Shown here one piece after another: positions 17,122-25,233 of a DNA stretch of 64,000 nt. A model generated the notes under the pieces. That model worked only from the letters and a program-made list of their open reading frames with translations. It did not search any database and had not been told where the DNA came from. Origin of the DNA: Candidatus Pacearchaeota archaeon (GTDB lineage Archaea > Nanobdellota > Nanobdellia > Pacearchaeales > GW2011-AR1); the NCBI GenBank assembly GCA_041649295.1, contig JBAZNI010000001.1, forward strand, positions 394,991-458,990, read 5' to 3'. Positions within the stretch are counted from its first letter, which is position 1. Each line of letters opens with the position of its first letter. Made by a program: the position numbers and the translations under genes.

Positions 17122-17649
17122 ATGAAAAAACAAAAAGACAGACCTAATTGGGATGAAAGTTTTATGTCAGTAGCTGTTGATGCAGCAACAAGGTCAAGTT
17201 GCAAATATCTTCACACAGGAGCAGTTATTGTAAAAGATAAAAGAATAATTGCTACCGGATATAATGGTGCTCCTCCAGGAATTGAAAACTGCTTAAATAT
17301 AGGGTGCAGAAAAGATAAAGAAAACATAAAATTTAATGATAAGGGAAAAGGTATTTGCAGAGGAACTCATGCAGAAATGAATGCAATGGGGTTAGTCGAA
17401 AGAGAAAGATTAATTGGAACTACCATGTATAGTGTTTATTTTCCCTGTTCTGCATGTGCAAAAGCAATTGTAGCACAAGGAATTAGAAAAGTTGTATATT
17501 GTTTTGTTTATGCTGAACCAGATTCATTAACAAACGAACTTTTTGATGAAAGTAATACCACTCTTAGAAAGCTTAATTTTGATGTTGAAGCTCAAAATTT
17601 AAGGAGATTAAGAATATTCGAACAGCAAAATCTTAATAAAAGCCGTTAA
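17122..17649 (+). CDS. dCMP deaminase (ComEB-type cytidine/deoxycytidylate deaminase)
   Basis: HAEMNAM and PCSACAKAI zinc motifs. Start moved to the ATG at 17122; the track ORF begins at 17065, inside the upstream gene. Confidence 0.85.
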   Translation: MKKQKDRPNWDESFMSVAVDAATRSSCKYLHTGAVIVKDKRIIATGYNGAPPGIENCLNIGCRKDKENIKFNDKGKGICRGTHAEMNAMGLVERERLIGTTMYSVYFPCSACAKAIVAQGIRKVVYCFVYAEPDSLTNELFDESNTTLRKLNFDVEAQNLRRLRIFEQQNLNKSR

Positions 17650-17650
17650 A

Positions 17651-18103
17651 ATGATGTACCCTTTAATAGCTCAAAAAAGAAGTTATTGGTGTGTTCCAGC
17701 ATGCCTTGAAAGTATTTTAAAAGCAGAATCTTTTGGTGTTTCACAAGAAGAAATCGCAAATAACTTAGGCATTAAAGAAAATGGATTTAATTTTAATAGA
17801 GCAAGATTAACTAATTTTACGGGCAGTTATGGATTATATCTTGGATTTGAAAGTCCGTTTTTAGGGGCAATAGAAGATGACTTAATTTTAAAACAAATTA
17901 ATAAAAAACATATTTTAATTGCAGGAAAATTTAGAGGAAAAAAGCATTGTATTCTTGTTTTAGATTATAATTATCCAAGTGATTTTGCTTTTGTTTATGA
18001 CCCGTCTTTAAAAAGACCATTCCAAATAAGTATTCCTAAAATTAAAGAAGCAATTAATGCAAGGGAAGATTTAAGAAACGGATATTACCTAATATCTAGT
18101 TAA
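17651..18103 (+). CDS. hypothetical protein, possibly a papain/C39-like cysteine peptidase fold
   Basis: N-terminal YWCVPACLESIL and a later KKHCILVLDY could form a Cys/His pair. This is weak. Confidence 0.35.
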   Translation: MMYPLIAQKRSYWCVPACLESILKAESFGVSQEEIANNLGIKENGFNFNRARLTNFTGSYGLYLGFESPFLGAIEDDLILKQINKKHILIAGKFRGKKHCILVLDYNYPSDFAFVYDPSLKRPFQISIPKIKEAINAREDLRNGYYLISS

Positions 18104-19132
18104 CTAATGATAAACTCTTGCTAATTTAGAAATATCTGGATCAGCATTCCATGAATCAGGATACCTGTCCCATTCTTCAGGATAATCATCAATTTTATAT
18201 CCTAATTCTTCTAATTTTGACCTTGACTGATTTCGCCCATGCCCTTCTGCTTCTGCTTTTGATTGTGCCGCAATAAGTTTTTTTAAATCTTCTGCTGAAC
18301 CTGCTTCTGCTCCAGCATACATAAGAAAATTGTCAATGGGAAAGCTTAAATCTTTATAAGACGATTCTCTAATTTGGTCTATTTGGTTTTCTAATCTATC
18401 TCTATCAATATAAAGTCCGTATAAGTGTAATGAACTGCTTCTGTCTATATAAGAACCAACCTTTATAGGAACTCCTAGCATATCTGAAATTTTTTGTGCT
18501 AACAATTTCTGAAGTTCTACCTGCCCTATATTATTTTCATTCCATGCTTTTAACAAATCTCTTGACCTCCATTCAGTTAAATAGTTCATTACAATATCCC
18601 CACTCTCATCTTCTAAAAATCTTAAATTTCCTCTCTGCCAACAAGGCGGATCCTCTTGTTCTAAAATAATATCTTCTCCTGGACGCCATGTTGTAAACTG
18701 ATAATCTCTTCCAGTTATTCTTCGTTTTTCATCCCAGTCATTTTTAATTCTTCTAAAAACAAAAGGCAACTGATCTACAATTCTTTCATTATATGTATAT
18801 CCCCAAAAGTCCGGATTTTCAGGAGATTTTTTCCAATGGTTATGTATGCCGTGTGTAACTTCCAGAATATATTGCATAACTCCGCGAGCATCATCATGAA
18901 CTGCTGGTGAAAAAACTTTTGGTTCACTTAATGGATGTGATATATTTACAGTTATATCTGCATCATAACCTAAAGTCATGCCATCTGTTTGTTTTGGTGT
19001 CTCTACCCTCGCCCCATAATCGTGGCAGGCAATAATTGATTTACACACTCCTTCTGCAAGATTTTCTGCATTAATCACAATTGAAGGGATTCTGCCATCT
19101 CTTCTTAAATAACTTTGCTCATCTCCTTTCAT
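18104..19132 (-). CDS. thymidylate synthase (ThyA)-family protein with a long N-terminal extension
   Basis: DPPCWQRGNLRF (catalytic Cys region) and WRSRDLLKAWNENNIG correspond to ThyA (L)PPCH..fQF and QRSxDxxLGxPFNI. 342 aa. Confidence 0.6.
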   Translation of the reverse strand: MKGDEQSYLRRDGRIPSIVINAENLAEGVCKSIIACHDYGARVETPKQTDGMTLGYDADITVNISHPLSEPKVFSPAVHDDARGVMQYILEVTHGIHNHWKKSPENPDFWGYTYNERIVDQLPFVFRRIKNDWDEKRRITGRDYQFTTWRPGEDIILEQEDPPCWQRGNLRFLEDESGDIVMNYLTEWRSRDLLKAWNENNIGQVELQKLLAQKISDMLGVPIKVGSYIDRSSSLHLYGLYIDRDRLENQIDQIRESSYKDLSFPIDNFLMYAGAEAGSAEDLKKLIAAQSKAEAEGHGRNQSRSKLEELGYKIDDYPEEWDRYPDSWNADPDISKLARVYH

Positions 19133-19197
19133 GATTTAACTAAATAAACTTTATTTAAAAACTAAACTATACTGAAAAATATATAATTAAATTATTT

Positions 19198-19235
19198 AAC
19201 CTGTTCAAATCCCAGATTAAAAATGGACCCGAAGG
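19198..19235. repeat. 38-nt direct repeat of the tRNA-Lys 3' end plus trailer
   Basis: aacctgttcaaatcccagattaaaaatggacccgaagg matches 19290..19327 with one mismatch. The last 12 nt are the tRNA 3' end. Confidence 0.8.
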
Positions 19236-19315
19236 TACTCAAGAAGAAACTTCTTGGTAAGTTTTATTTTTGCAAATAAAACTGATTTGAACCTGTTCAA
19301 ATCCCAGGTTAAAAA

Positions 19316-19390
19316 TGGACCCGAAGGGATTTGAACCCTCGACACCTGGCTTAAAAGGCCAGTGCTCTGACCAGACTGAGCTACGGATCC
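19316..19390 (-). tRNA. tRNA-Lys (anticodon TTT), no intron
   Basis: Reverse complement: GGATCCG-TA-GCTC-AGTCTGGTCA-GAGC-A-CTGGC-CTTTTAA-GCCAG-GTGTC-GAGGG-TTCAAAT-CCCTT-CGGGTCC-A. 75 nt with a full cloverleaf. Confidence 0.9.
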
Positions 19391-19478
19391 ATGTATTACA
19401 GTTGATTTTAAAAGATAAAATTAGTTTTTAAACCTTATCTCCCTAAAGATTTAAAAATAAAATCTTCCATTAATTAAG

Positions 19479-19820
19479 ATGAACAGAAACCAAATAGTTA
19501 GCATTGTTATGGTTGCAATTTTTATCTTAATAGTTGCGGCTTATATTTTGTATAAGAATAATCCTGGCAATGTTGATGAACAAGTTGCAAAGTGCATAGG
19601 TGAAAAAGCAGTTGTATGCACACAAACTGGATGCCATGCATGTGAGATTCAGGAAAATTTGTTCGGAGAAAATTTCAAATATATTAATGAAATAGACTAT
19701 CGTAACGACACTGAAAAAATATGTGCGGAAATTACAGCAACACCCACATGGATTATTAATGGGGAATTATATAAAGGTGTTAAATCAATAGATGAATTAA
19801 AGGAGATTACAAGATGTTAA
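19479..19820 (+). CDS. membrane-anchored thioredoxin-fold thiol-disulfide oxidoreductase
   Basis: N-terminal TM followed by a CHAC (CxxC) motif. Confidence 0.6.
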   Translation: MNRNQIVSIVMVAIFILIVAAYILYKNNPGNVDEQVAKCIGEKAVVCTQTGCHACEIQENLFGENFKYINEIDYRNDTEKICAEITATPTWIINGELYKGVKSIDELKEITRC

Positions 19821-19821
19821 A

Positions 19822-20553
19822 ATGGTTGAACTAACTTTGCCTGCTGTTATTACCCTTGCACTTGCAGATTCTGTTAATCCGTGTGAATTAGCTGTTTTAT
19901 TTATGATTTTAATTGCTATAATGATGTATAATCCTAATAAAAAATCTAAAGTTTTATTTGCAGGATTAGCATTTACTTTTTCTGTTTTTGTTATGTATTT
20001 TATTTATGGAGCAATTATAATTACCTTATTTACCGGACTTAAAGAAGTTTTAAGTGAGTTAAGCAAATATATTTATGTGTTTTTTGGATTTTTGGCAATT
20101 GCTTTAGGACTGCTGGGGATAAAGGATTTTATTGCTTATCGCCCAGGCACAATTGGAACAGAAATGCCTTTGATGTTACGTCCAAAAGTTAAGAAGATAA
20201 TTTCTAAAATTACTTCTGTAAAAGGGGCATTTTTAACAGGTATTTTTGTAACTTTATTTTTGCTTCCATGCACAATTGGGCCTTATTTTGTTTTTGGGAG
20301 TTTAATAAGCCAGAGCTTGATTTTAAGCATGAGTGAAAAATTTGGCATAATTGTTAAGTCTCTCCCTTGGCTTTTGATTTATAATATTATTTTTGTTCTT
20401 CCAATGCTGATTATTACTTTTTTAGTTTATTTTGGAGTAACAAGTGTCCAGAAAGCTCAGAACTGGAAAGATAGAAATATTAAATATCTACATTTAATTG
20501 CGGGAATTGTTCTTCTAGCACTTGGAGTTGCAATGATTTTCGGATTGATTTAA
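19822..20553 (+). CDS. ccdA: CcdA/DsbD-family transmembrane electron transporter
   Basis: Conserved membrane cysteines in DSVNPCEL and LLPCTIGPY. About six TM segments. Directly follows the thioredoxin-like gene. Confidence 0.75.
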   Translation: MVELTLPAVITLALADSVNPCELAVLFMILIAIMMYNPNKKSKVLFAGLAFTFSVFVMYFIYGAIIITLFTGLKEVLSELSKYIYVFFGFLAIALGLLGIKDFIAYRPGTIGTEMPLMLRPKVKKIISKITSVKGAFLTGIFVTLFLLPCTIGPYFVFGSLISQSLILSMSEKFGIIVKSLPWLLIYNIIFVLPMLIITFLVYFGVTSVQKAQNWKDRNIKYLHLIAGIVLLALGVAMIFGLI

Positions 20554-20619
20554 ACTGAAGAAACATTTAAATAGCTAGTATGCATATCAAATGCATACTA
20601 AATACACATTAAATCACAT

Positions 20620-20880
20620 ATGGCTGAAACAATATCTGCACGAGTTGAACTTGACGATTATACTAATCGGGTTCTTGGGATAATTAAAATAAAATTCGGG
20701 CTTAAAGACAAATCAGAAGCTTTAAACAAATTTATTGAACTTTATGGAGATGAGGTAATTGAAAAAGATGCGACAGAAGAATATGCAAAAAAAGTTATTC
20801 TGACAGTAAAAAAGCACATGGAAAAATACAATTCTCGAAAAATGAGTATAGAAGAACTTGATGAATTATGCGAGGTTTAA
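20620..20880 (+). CDS. putative antitoxin (86 aa)
   Basis: Small gene whose stop abuts the start of the RelE-like gene (taaATG). Confidence 0.5.
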   Translation: MAETISARVELDDYTNRVLGIIKIKFGLKDKSEALNKFIELYGDEVIEKDATEEYAKKVILTVKKHMEKYNSRKMSIEELDELCEV

Positions 20881-21177
20881 ATGTTTAATTTTGATTTGAC
20901 AGATGAATTAAGAGTTATAATCAAAAAACTTGCAAGAAAAGATAAAAAAAGAGTAGAGATAATAAATAAAAAAATAAAAGAGATTATAAACTGTGATTAT
21001 ACTTCTATCCAGCATTATAAAAACCTAAGGCATGATTTAAAAGATTTCAAAAGCGTCCATATAGATACAAGTTTTGTTTTAATATTTAAAGTAAATTTAT
21101 CTTCTAATTCTGTCCTATTTGTTGACTTTGACCATCATGATAAGATATACAGCAAAAGATGTATTAATTACATATAA
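20881..21177 (+). CDS. RelE/ParE-superfamily toxin-like protein
   Basis: 98 aa. The layout ...KKLARKDKKRVEIINKKIKEI...LRHDLKDFKSVHID..FVLIFKV....VLFVDFDHHDKIY is typical of RelE-like mRNA interferases. Confidence 0.55.
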   Translation: MFNFDLTDELRVIIKKLARKDKKRVEIINKKIKEIINCDYTSIQHYKNLRHDLKDFKSVHIDTSFVLIFKVNLSSNSVLFVDFDHHDKIYSKRCINYI

Positions 21178-21221
21178 AACATCGCAATAATATTTTTAAA
21201 TAGGTTTATTATTCTTGTTTT

Positions 21222-21404
21222 ATGTTAACAAGAAACGAGTGCCTTCAAAAAGCAGATGAACACTTAAGAGAAGCAGAAGAACTTTTAAAGAAGTCTAAGA
21301 AGCATCTTGAAATTGAGACAATTTATAGAAGCGATGTGCTTATAATAGGGCAGTCTCTTTTAGCTCAAACTTACTTAGAAAGAGCTAAATATGATAAAAA
21401 ATAA
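21222..21404 (+). CDS. hypothetical small helical protein (60 aa)
   Basis: ORF only. Confidence 0.35.
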   Translation: MLTRNECLQKADEHLREAEELLKKSKKHLEIETIYRSDVLIIGQSLLAQTYLERAKYDKK

Positions 21405-21474
21405 TCCTATTTTCTCTCAATTTTCCAGTTTCTAATTCAGAAAGCCTTAAATCCTAGATTATTTTATTATTAAT

Positions 21475-22293
21475 ATGATTAGAAACAAATTCAGGATTAA
21501 AACATGGCAGATACCTAAGAATACAGATATGACTCCTTATTGGAGAGTTATTGAAAAAATTATAAAGGAATCTGATATTATTATCGAAGTTCTTGATGCA
21601 AGAATGCCTGAGCTTTCACAAAATGAGCAAGTTGAAGAACTTGCAAAGAAATTTAAAAAAGAGCTTATTTTTGGCTTAAATAAATCTGATTTAGTTCCTG
21701 AAAAACAGCTTAGAAATAAATTAAGGAAATTAAAGAAATCGGGAAATGCATTTATCTTGTCTTCATCTGCAAAATTTGGAATCAGCAAGTTAAGAGATTA
21801 TATTTTTAATTTGGCGCATGGCAAAGAGGATTTTAAAATAGGTATTTTAGGGTATCCAAATACTGGCAAGTCATCTTTGATAAATGCTTTACTAAGAAGG
21901 CATAAAGTTAAGGTAACTTCACGGGCAGGAACAACTCACGGACAGCAATGGGCACGACTTAAAGAAAATATATTAATTATAGACAGTCCTGGGGTAATTC
22001 CATTAGGAAATGATGATGAAGTAAAATATGCTCTTATTGGCTCTAGAAATGTTGAGAGAATTCACAATTTAGAAGCAGTTGCAGAAGCAATAGTAAATTT
22101 ATTTGAAGAAAAAAACAACTTTAAAAAATTTTATAACATTTCTAATTCAGAAGATGATTTTGAATCTCTTATAAATGCAATAGCACTTGAAAAAAAATTC
22201 CTTAAAAAAGGCGGAATACCAGACGAAACGCGTGTTTGGGAGCTTATTGTAAGAGATTGGCAGTCAGGAAAGTTAAACTTAAAAGTGAATTAA
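21475..22293 (+). CDS. circularly permuted ribosome-biogenesis GTPase (YlqF/RbgA/Nug-like)
   Basis: G4 LNKSDL precedes G1 GYPNTGKSSLINAL and G3 DSPG. Confidence 0.75.
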   Translation: MIRNKFRIKTWQIPKNTDMTPYWRVIEKIIKESDIIIEVLDARMPELSQNEQVEELAKKFKKELIFGLNKSDLVPEKQLRNKLRKLKKSGNAFILSSSAKFGISKLRDYIFNLAHGKEDFKIGILGYPNTGKSSLINALLRRHKVKVTSRAGTTHGQQWARLKENILIIDSPGVIPLGNDDEVKYALIGSRNVERIHNLEAVAEAIVNLFEEKNNFKKFYNISNSEDDFESLINAIALEKKFLKKGGIPDETRVWELIVRDWQSGKLNLKVN

Positions 22294-22333
22294 TATTAGT
22301 AACATTTTAAATAAATTGGGCATAACTTTAGCA

Positions 22334-22918
22334 CTAAAAATTCTTTTGTGCATTAAATGGCTTATTCATTTTTGTTATCATAAATCTTGGGCTTCCAAAA
22401 CCAGAATCAACAGAGTTTATCATTAAATTATCGACAACTGCTTTGAAAAATCCTCCTATTCTTGGAATTCTTGACTGCTGTGAGAATAAATTAATTATAT
22501 CATTTATTTCTTCCTTATTAAGCATAATTTTTGTATGAATAATTGAATTCATCTTTCTTGCACTTACTATTTTCCCAGGCCCGGGGCAGTCAACACTTGC
22601 AACTGATAAATCATCAATTAATGTCTGAATTTTTCCCAAATCAAGATGCCTTATCTCCTGTTTTAAAACTCTTTGTGGTTGTTTTATAAATATTTTGGGA
22701 TTTGTCCTTGTTCTCTGAACAAAAAACCTGCCTGATTGCGGTTCATAGACAGCGGGATATGAAGGTATTAACCTAACTGATTCTTCTGCCTGATTTTCTT
22801 TTGTTAAAATTGGCTCAGTTCTTTCTATTATTTCAAGTTCATCCCTTGGGATAAAATTAAAGAGAACTGCTTTTGTAAATTCCCTTAAAAAGTGCAAAGA
22901 ATATATTTGCTCTGCCAT
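22334..22918 (-). CDS. N-terminal domain of a type II/IV secretion (VirB11/FlaI/PilB-like) ATPase, without the ATPase domain
   Basis: IQTLIDDLSVASVDCPGPGKIVSARK....INDIINLFSQQSRIP....FKAVVDNLMINSV....GSPRFMITK follows the T2SSE pre-Walker-A pattern (..D..V.dI..nGp.kv.v......f..ee....i..ia.......dg.Ri.a....G..f.IRK). It ends there. Confidence 0.5.
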   Translation of the reverse strand: MAEQIYSLHFLREFTKAVLFNFIPRDELEIIERTEPILTKENQAEESVRLIPSYPAVYEPQSGRFFVQRTRTNPKIFIKQPQRVLKQEIRHLDLGKIQTLIDDLSVASVDCPGPGKIVSARKMNSIIHTKIMLNKEEINDIINLFSQQSRIPRIGGFFKAVVDNLMINSVDSGFGSPRFMITKMNKPFNAQKNF

Positions 22919-22925
22919 TTATAAA

Positions 22926-23426
22926 TTAAGATTTGTTTATATTGTCTTGTTTTATTGAAGGGAACATATTTGTTCTTTGAGCAGCTGGCTGGGGCAAATG
23001 CCCTGCCGGATTTGCCGGAGGATATTGTGGTAAGGTGTTTATCTGAGGCTGTTGTAAGGGATGCCCTCTCACTCTTTCTTCCATAAGTGTAAGCCCTTTT
23101 GCAATAATTTTATTTTGCTCAAGAAGCTTATCTAATTTATCAATAAATTCTTTTTCTTCTTTTGTAATGCCTGCACTTCCATGTTTATCAATGAAAGTTT
23201 TTGCAGAAATTTCAAAAAGGTTAATCATCCTTGTAAGATTATCTGAAAGTTCATCAAATTTTTTAGAAAGATTTGTTAAAACTCTCTGCAATGTAACAAA
23301 ATTCTCAACTAAAAGCTTATCCATCTCAATTCTTCTCGCATCAGCAGAATGTATTATATTCTGTGGTTTTTCAGCATGATTAATGCTCCCTTTTTTCTTA
23401 ACCATATAATTCATAAGGAATATCAA
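22926..23426 (-). CDS. hypothetical coiled-coil protein with a P/Q-rich tail (166 aa)
   Basis: ORF. The start codon is uncertain. Confidence 0.45.
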   Translation of the reverse strand: MIFLMNYMVKKKGSINHAEKPQNIIHSADARRIEMDKLLVENFVTLQRVLTNLSKKFDELSDNLTRMINLFEISAKTFIDKHGSAGITKEEKEFIDKLDKLLEQNKIIAKGLTLMEERVRGHPLQQPQINTLPQYPPANPAGHLPQPAAQRTNMFPSIKQDNINKS

Positions 23427-23548
23427 TTTATAAATTTATTGAAAGACATAGATTAGCTATCAAATTTAACCAACAAGGTAAATAAAAAGAAGTTTGTAAA
23501 TGTAGTTATATCAATCTTAACATATTAAAATACAAATAATCTGCTGTT

Positions 23549-25201
23549 TTATCCAAATAAATTCTTTGCCTTATGCTGAAGCTCTTTTGCAAGCTCTGCT
23601 TTTTTCCTTGCAAGCTCCTGCTCCTGAATAATCTCATGCTCTTTTAATTTATGTTCAAAATGTTTTCTCATATTTTCCTTAAGCAAATTCTCTCTTTTTT
23701 TAAGTTCATTAAGCATCTCACGATGCATTCTTTCTGCAAGGTCTCTTTTTAATTTTTCTTTTTCATGCCTGAACTTTAGCTCTTCATTTTTTTTGACAAG
23801 CTGAAGTTTTTCTGCCAAGGTTCTTTTTTCAGAAGCAAGATTTAATGCTTTTGCTCTCTGAGATTCAACAATTGCTTTTTCTTTTAACTTTAATCCCTGT
23901 TCTCTTGCCTTATACTTCTCTTCAAGCTCCTTAATGTGATTTTCAAGTCTTGCTCTTTCAATCATGACTCTGTTTGCCAAATTATATGAATATTGTTTCT
24001 TCAAATTTTCTGTCAGCTCACTTGTTTTTTCAGAGATGCTCTTTCTCAAAATTTCCCCGTATTCTCTTTGCAATTTTTGTTTAAATGCCTTTTTACTTTT
24101 TGAAGAAACAACCTCTGTTTTTCTTTTCCACTCCCTTACTTTTTGCCTATACTCTTTATACAATCTTTTCTTCTCAGTTTTTGTATGCTCGCCAAGTTTC
24201 TTATCAAAAGCATTATTAAAATGTTTTTTTAATCTTTCAGACAGATTTTTTATCTCCCTTTTATGAGCCTGAATAAGTAAGTCATGCTCCTGATTTAGTT
24301 TTCTAGCCTCTTCCTGCTTTAATAAGCTCTGTTGGTCTACCAAAGATTTATTCTTCTCTCTTAATTGGTCAATAAGATATTTCTTCTCAATAAGGTGATT
24401 TTTAAGCATTTCATTGAACTTTTCATTTCTTTCAAGCAATTCATGAAAATGTTTTATCTTCTCCTCATTTTCTTTTTCATACCTATCCCTCTCTCTCTTT
24501 TTTTGAGCCTCCATTTCAGAAAGCTTTTTCTTAAATTCTTCCACATTCTTAAATTTCTGGCTGTACTGCTCTCTCAAGGATTTTTCCATCAAATGATACT
24601 TTTCATTAAGCTCTTTTTTCTTAAGAATAAGATCTTTTTTAAGTCTAAACCTAACCTCTTCCTGCTTAAGACGGATTTTATCAGAAATATTTGATTTCAA
24701 TCCGTTTAAAAATGATTGAAATTCACTATCAACAATAATTCCGACTTCTGAATCAAAATTGATTTTTTTATCAAGATGAACATTTACTTTATCTTCAAGA
24801 TTTTTAATTTCTTTTTTTATCTGCATATTCGAATGAGATATTCCTTCAACATTTTCCACAACTTCTTCAACATTTTCCCCTATTTTCTTAAGCGGAGATT
24901 TTCTTTTTATCTCACGCCGTTCCATTATTTCTTTTCTTAGTAAATGCATCTGTTTTTCAAGTTCAGGTATGGCTGTTGTATCTTTTAATCTGGATTTTAT
25001 TATCGCAATTTCTTTCTCCAGCCCTTTTGTAAGCCCCCTATTTTCAAGAGAAAAAATTTCACGCCGTATTTCCTCAAGTTTTTCTACTTTTTTCTGAAAC
25101 CTATAAAAATTTTCTCTTAATCTCTTCTCTTTTTTATCCAGATTATGTGCCTCGCTGTATCTTTTTTTACCAGGATGTTTAGACTTTTTATTTTTCACCA
25201 T
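23549..25201 (-). CDS. K/E-rich coiled-coil protein (550 aa), no signal peptide
   Basis: Uninterrupted 550-codon ORF of charged heptad-like sequence. Confidence 0.6.
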   Translation of the reverse strand: MVKNKKSKHPGKKRYSEAHNLDKKEKRLRENFYRFQKKVEKLEEIRREIFSLENRGLTKGLEKEIAIIKSRLKDTTAIPELEKQMHLLRKEIMERREIKRKSPLKKIGENVEEVVENVEGISHSNMQIKKEIKNLEDKVNVHLDKKINFDSEVGIIVDSEFQSFLNGLKSNISDKIRLKQEEVRFRLKKDLILKKKELNEKYHLMEKSLREQYSQKFKNVEEFKKKLSEMEAQKKRERDRYEKENEEKIKHFHELLERNEKFNEMLKNHLIEKKYLIDQLREKNKSLVDQQSLLKQEEARKLNQEHDLLIQAHKREIKNLSERLKKHFNNAFDKKLGEHTKTEKKRLYKEYRQKVREWKRKTEVVSSKSKKAFKQKLQREYGEILRKSISEKTSELTENLKKQYSYNLANRVMIERARLENHIKELEEKYKAREQGLKLKEKAIVESQRAKALNLASEKRTLAEKLQLVKKNEELKFRHEKEKLKRDLAERMHREMLNELKKRENLLKENMRKHFEHKLKEHEIIQEQELARKKAELAKELQHKAKNLFG

Positions 25202-25233
25202 CTTTTTACAAGATTATTTAGTTATCTTTATTT

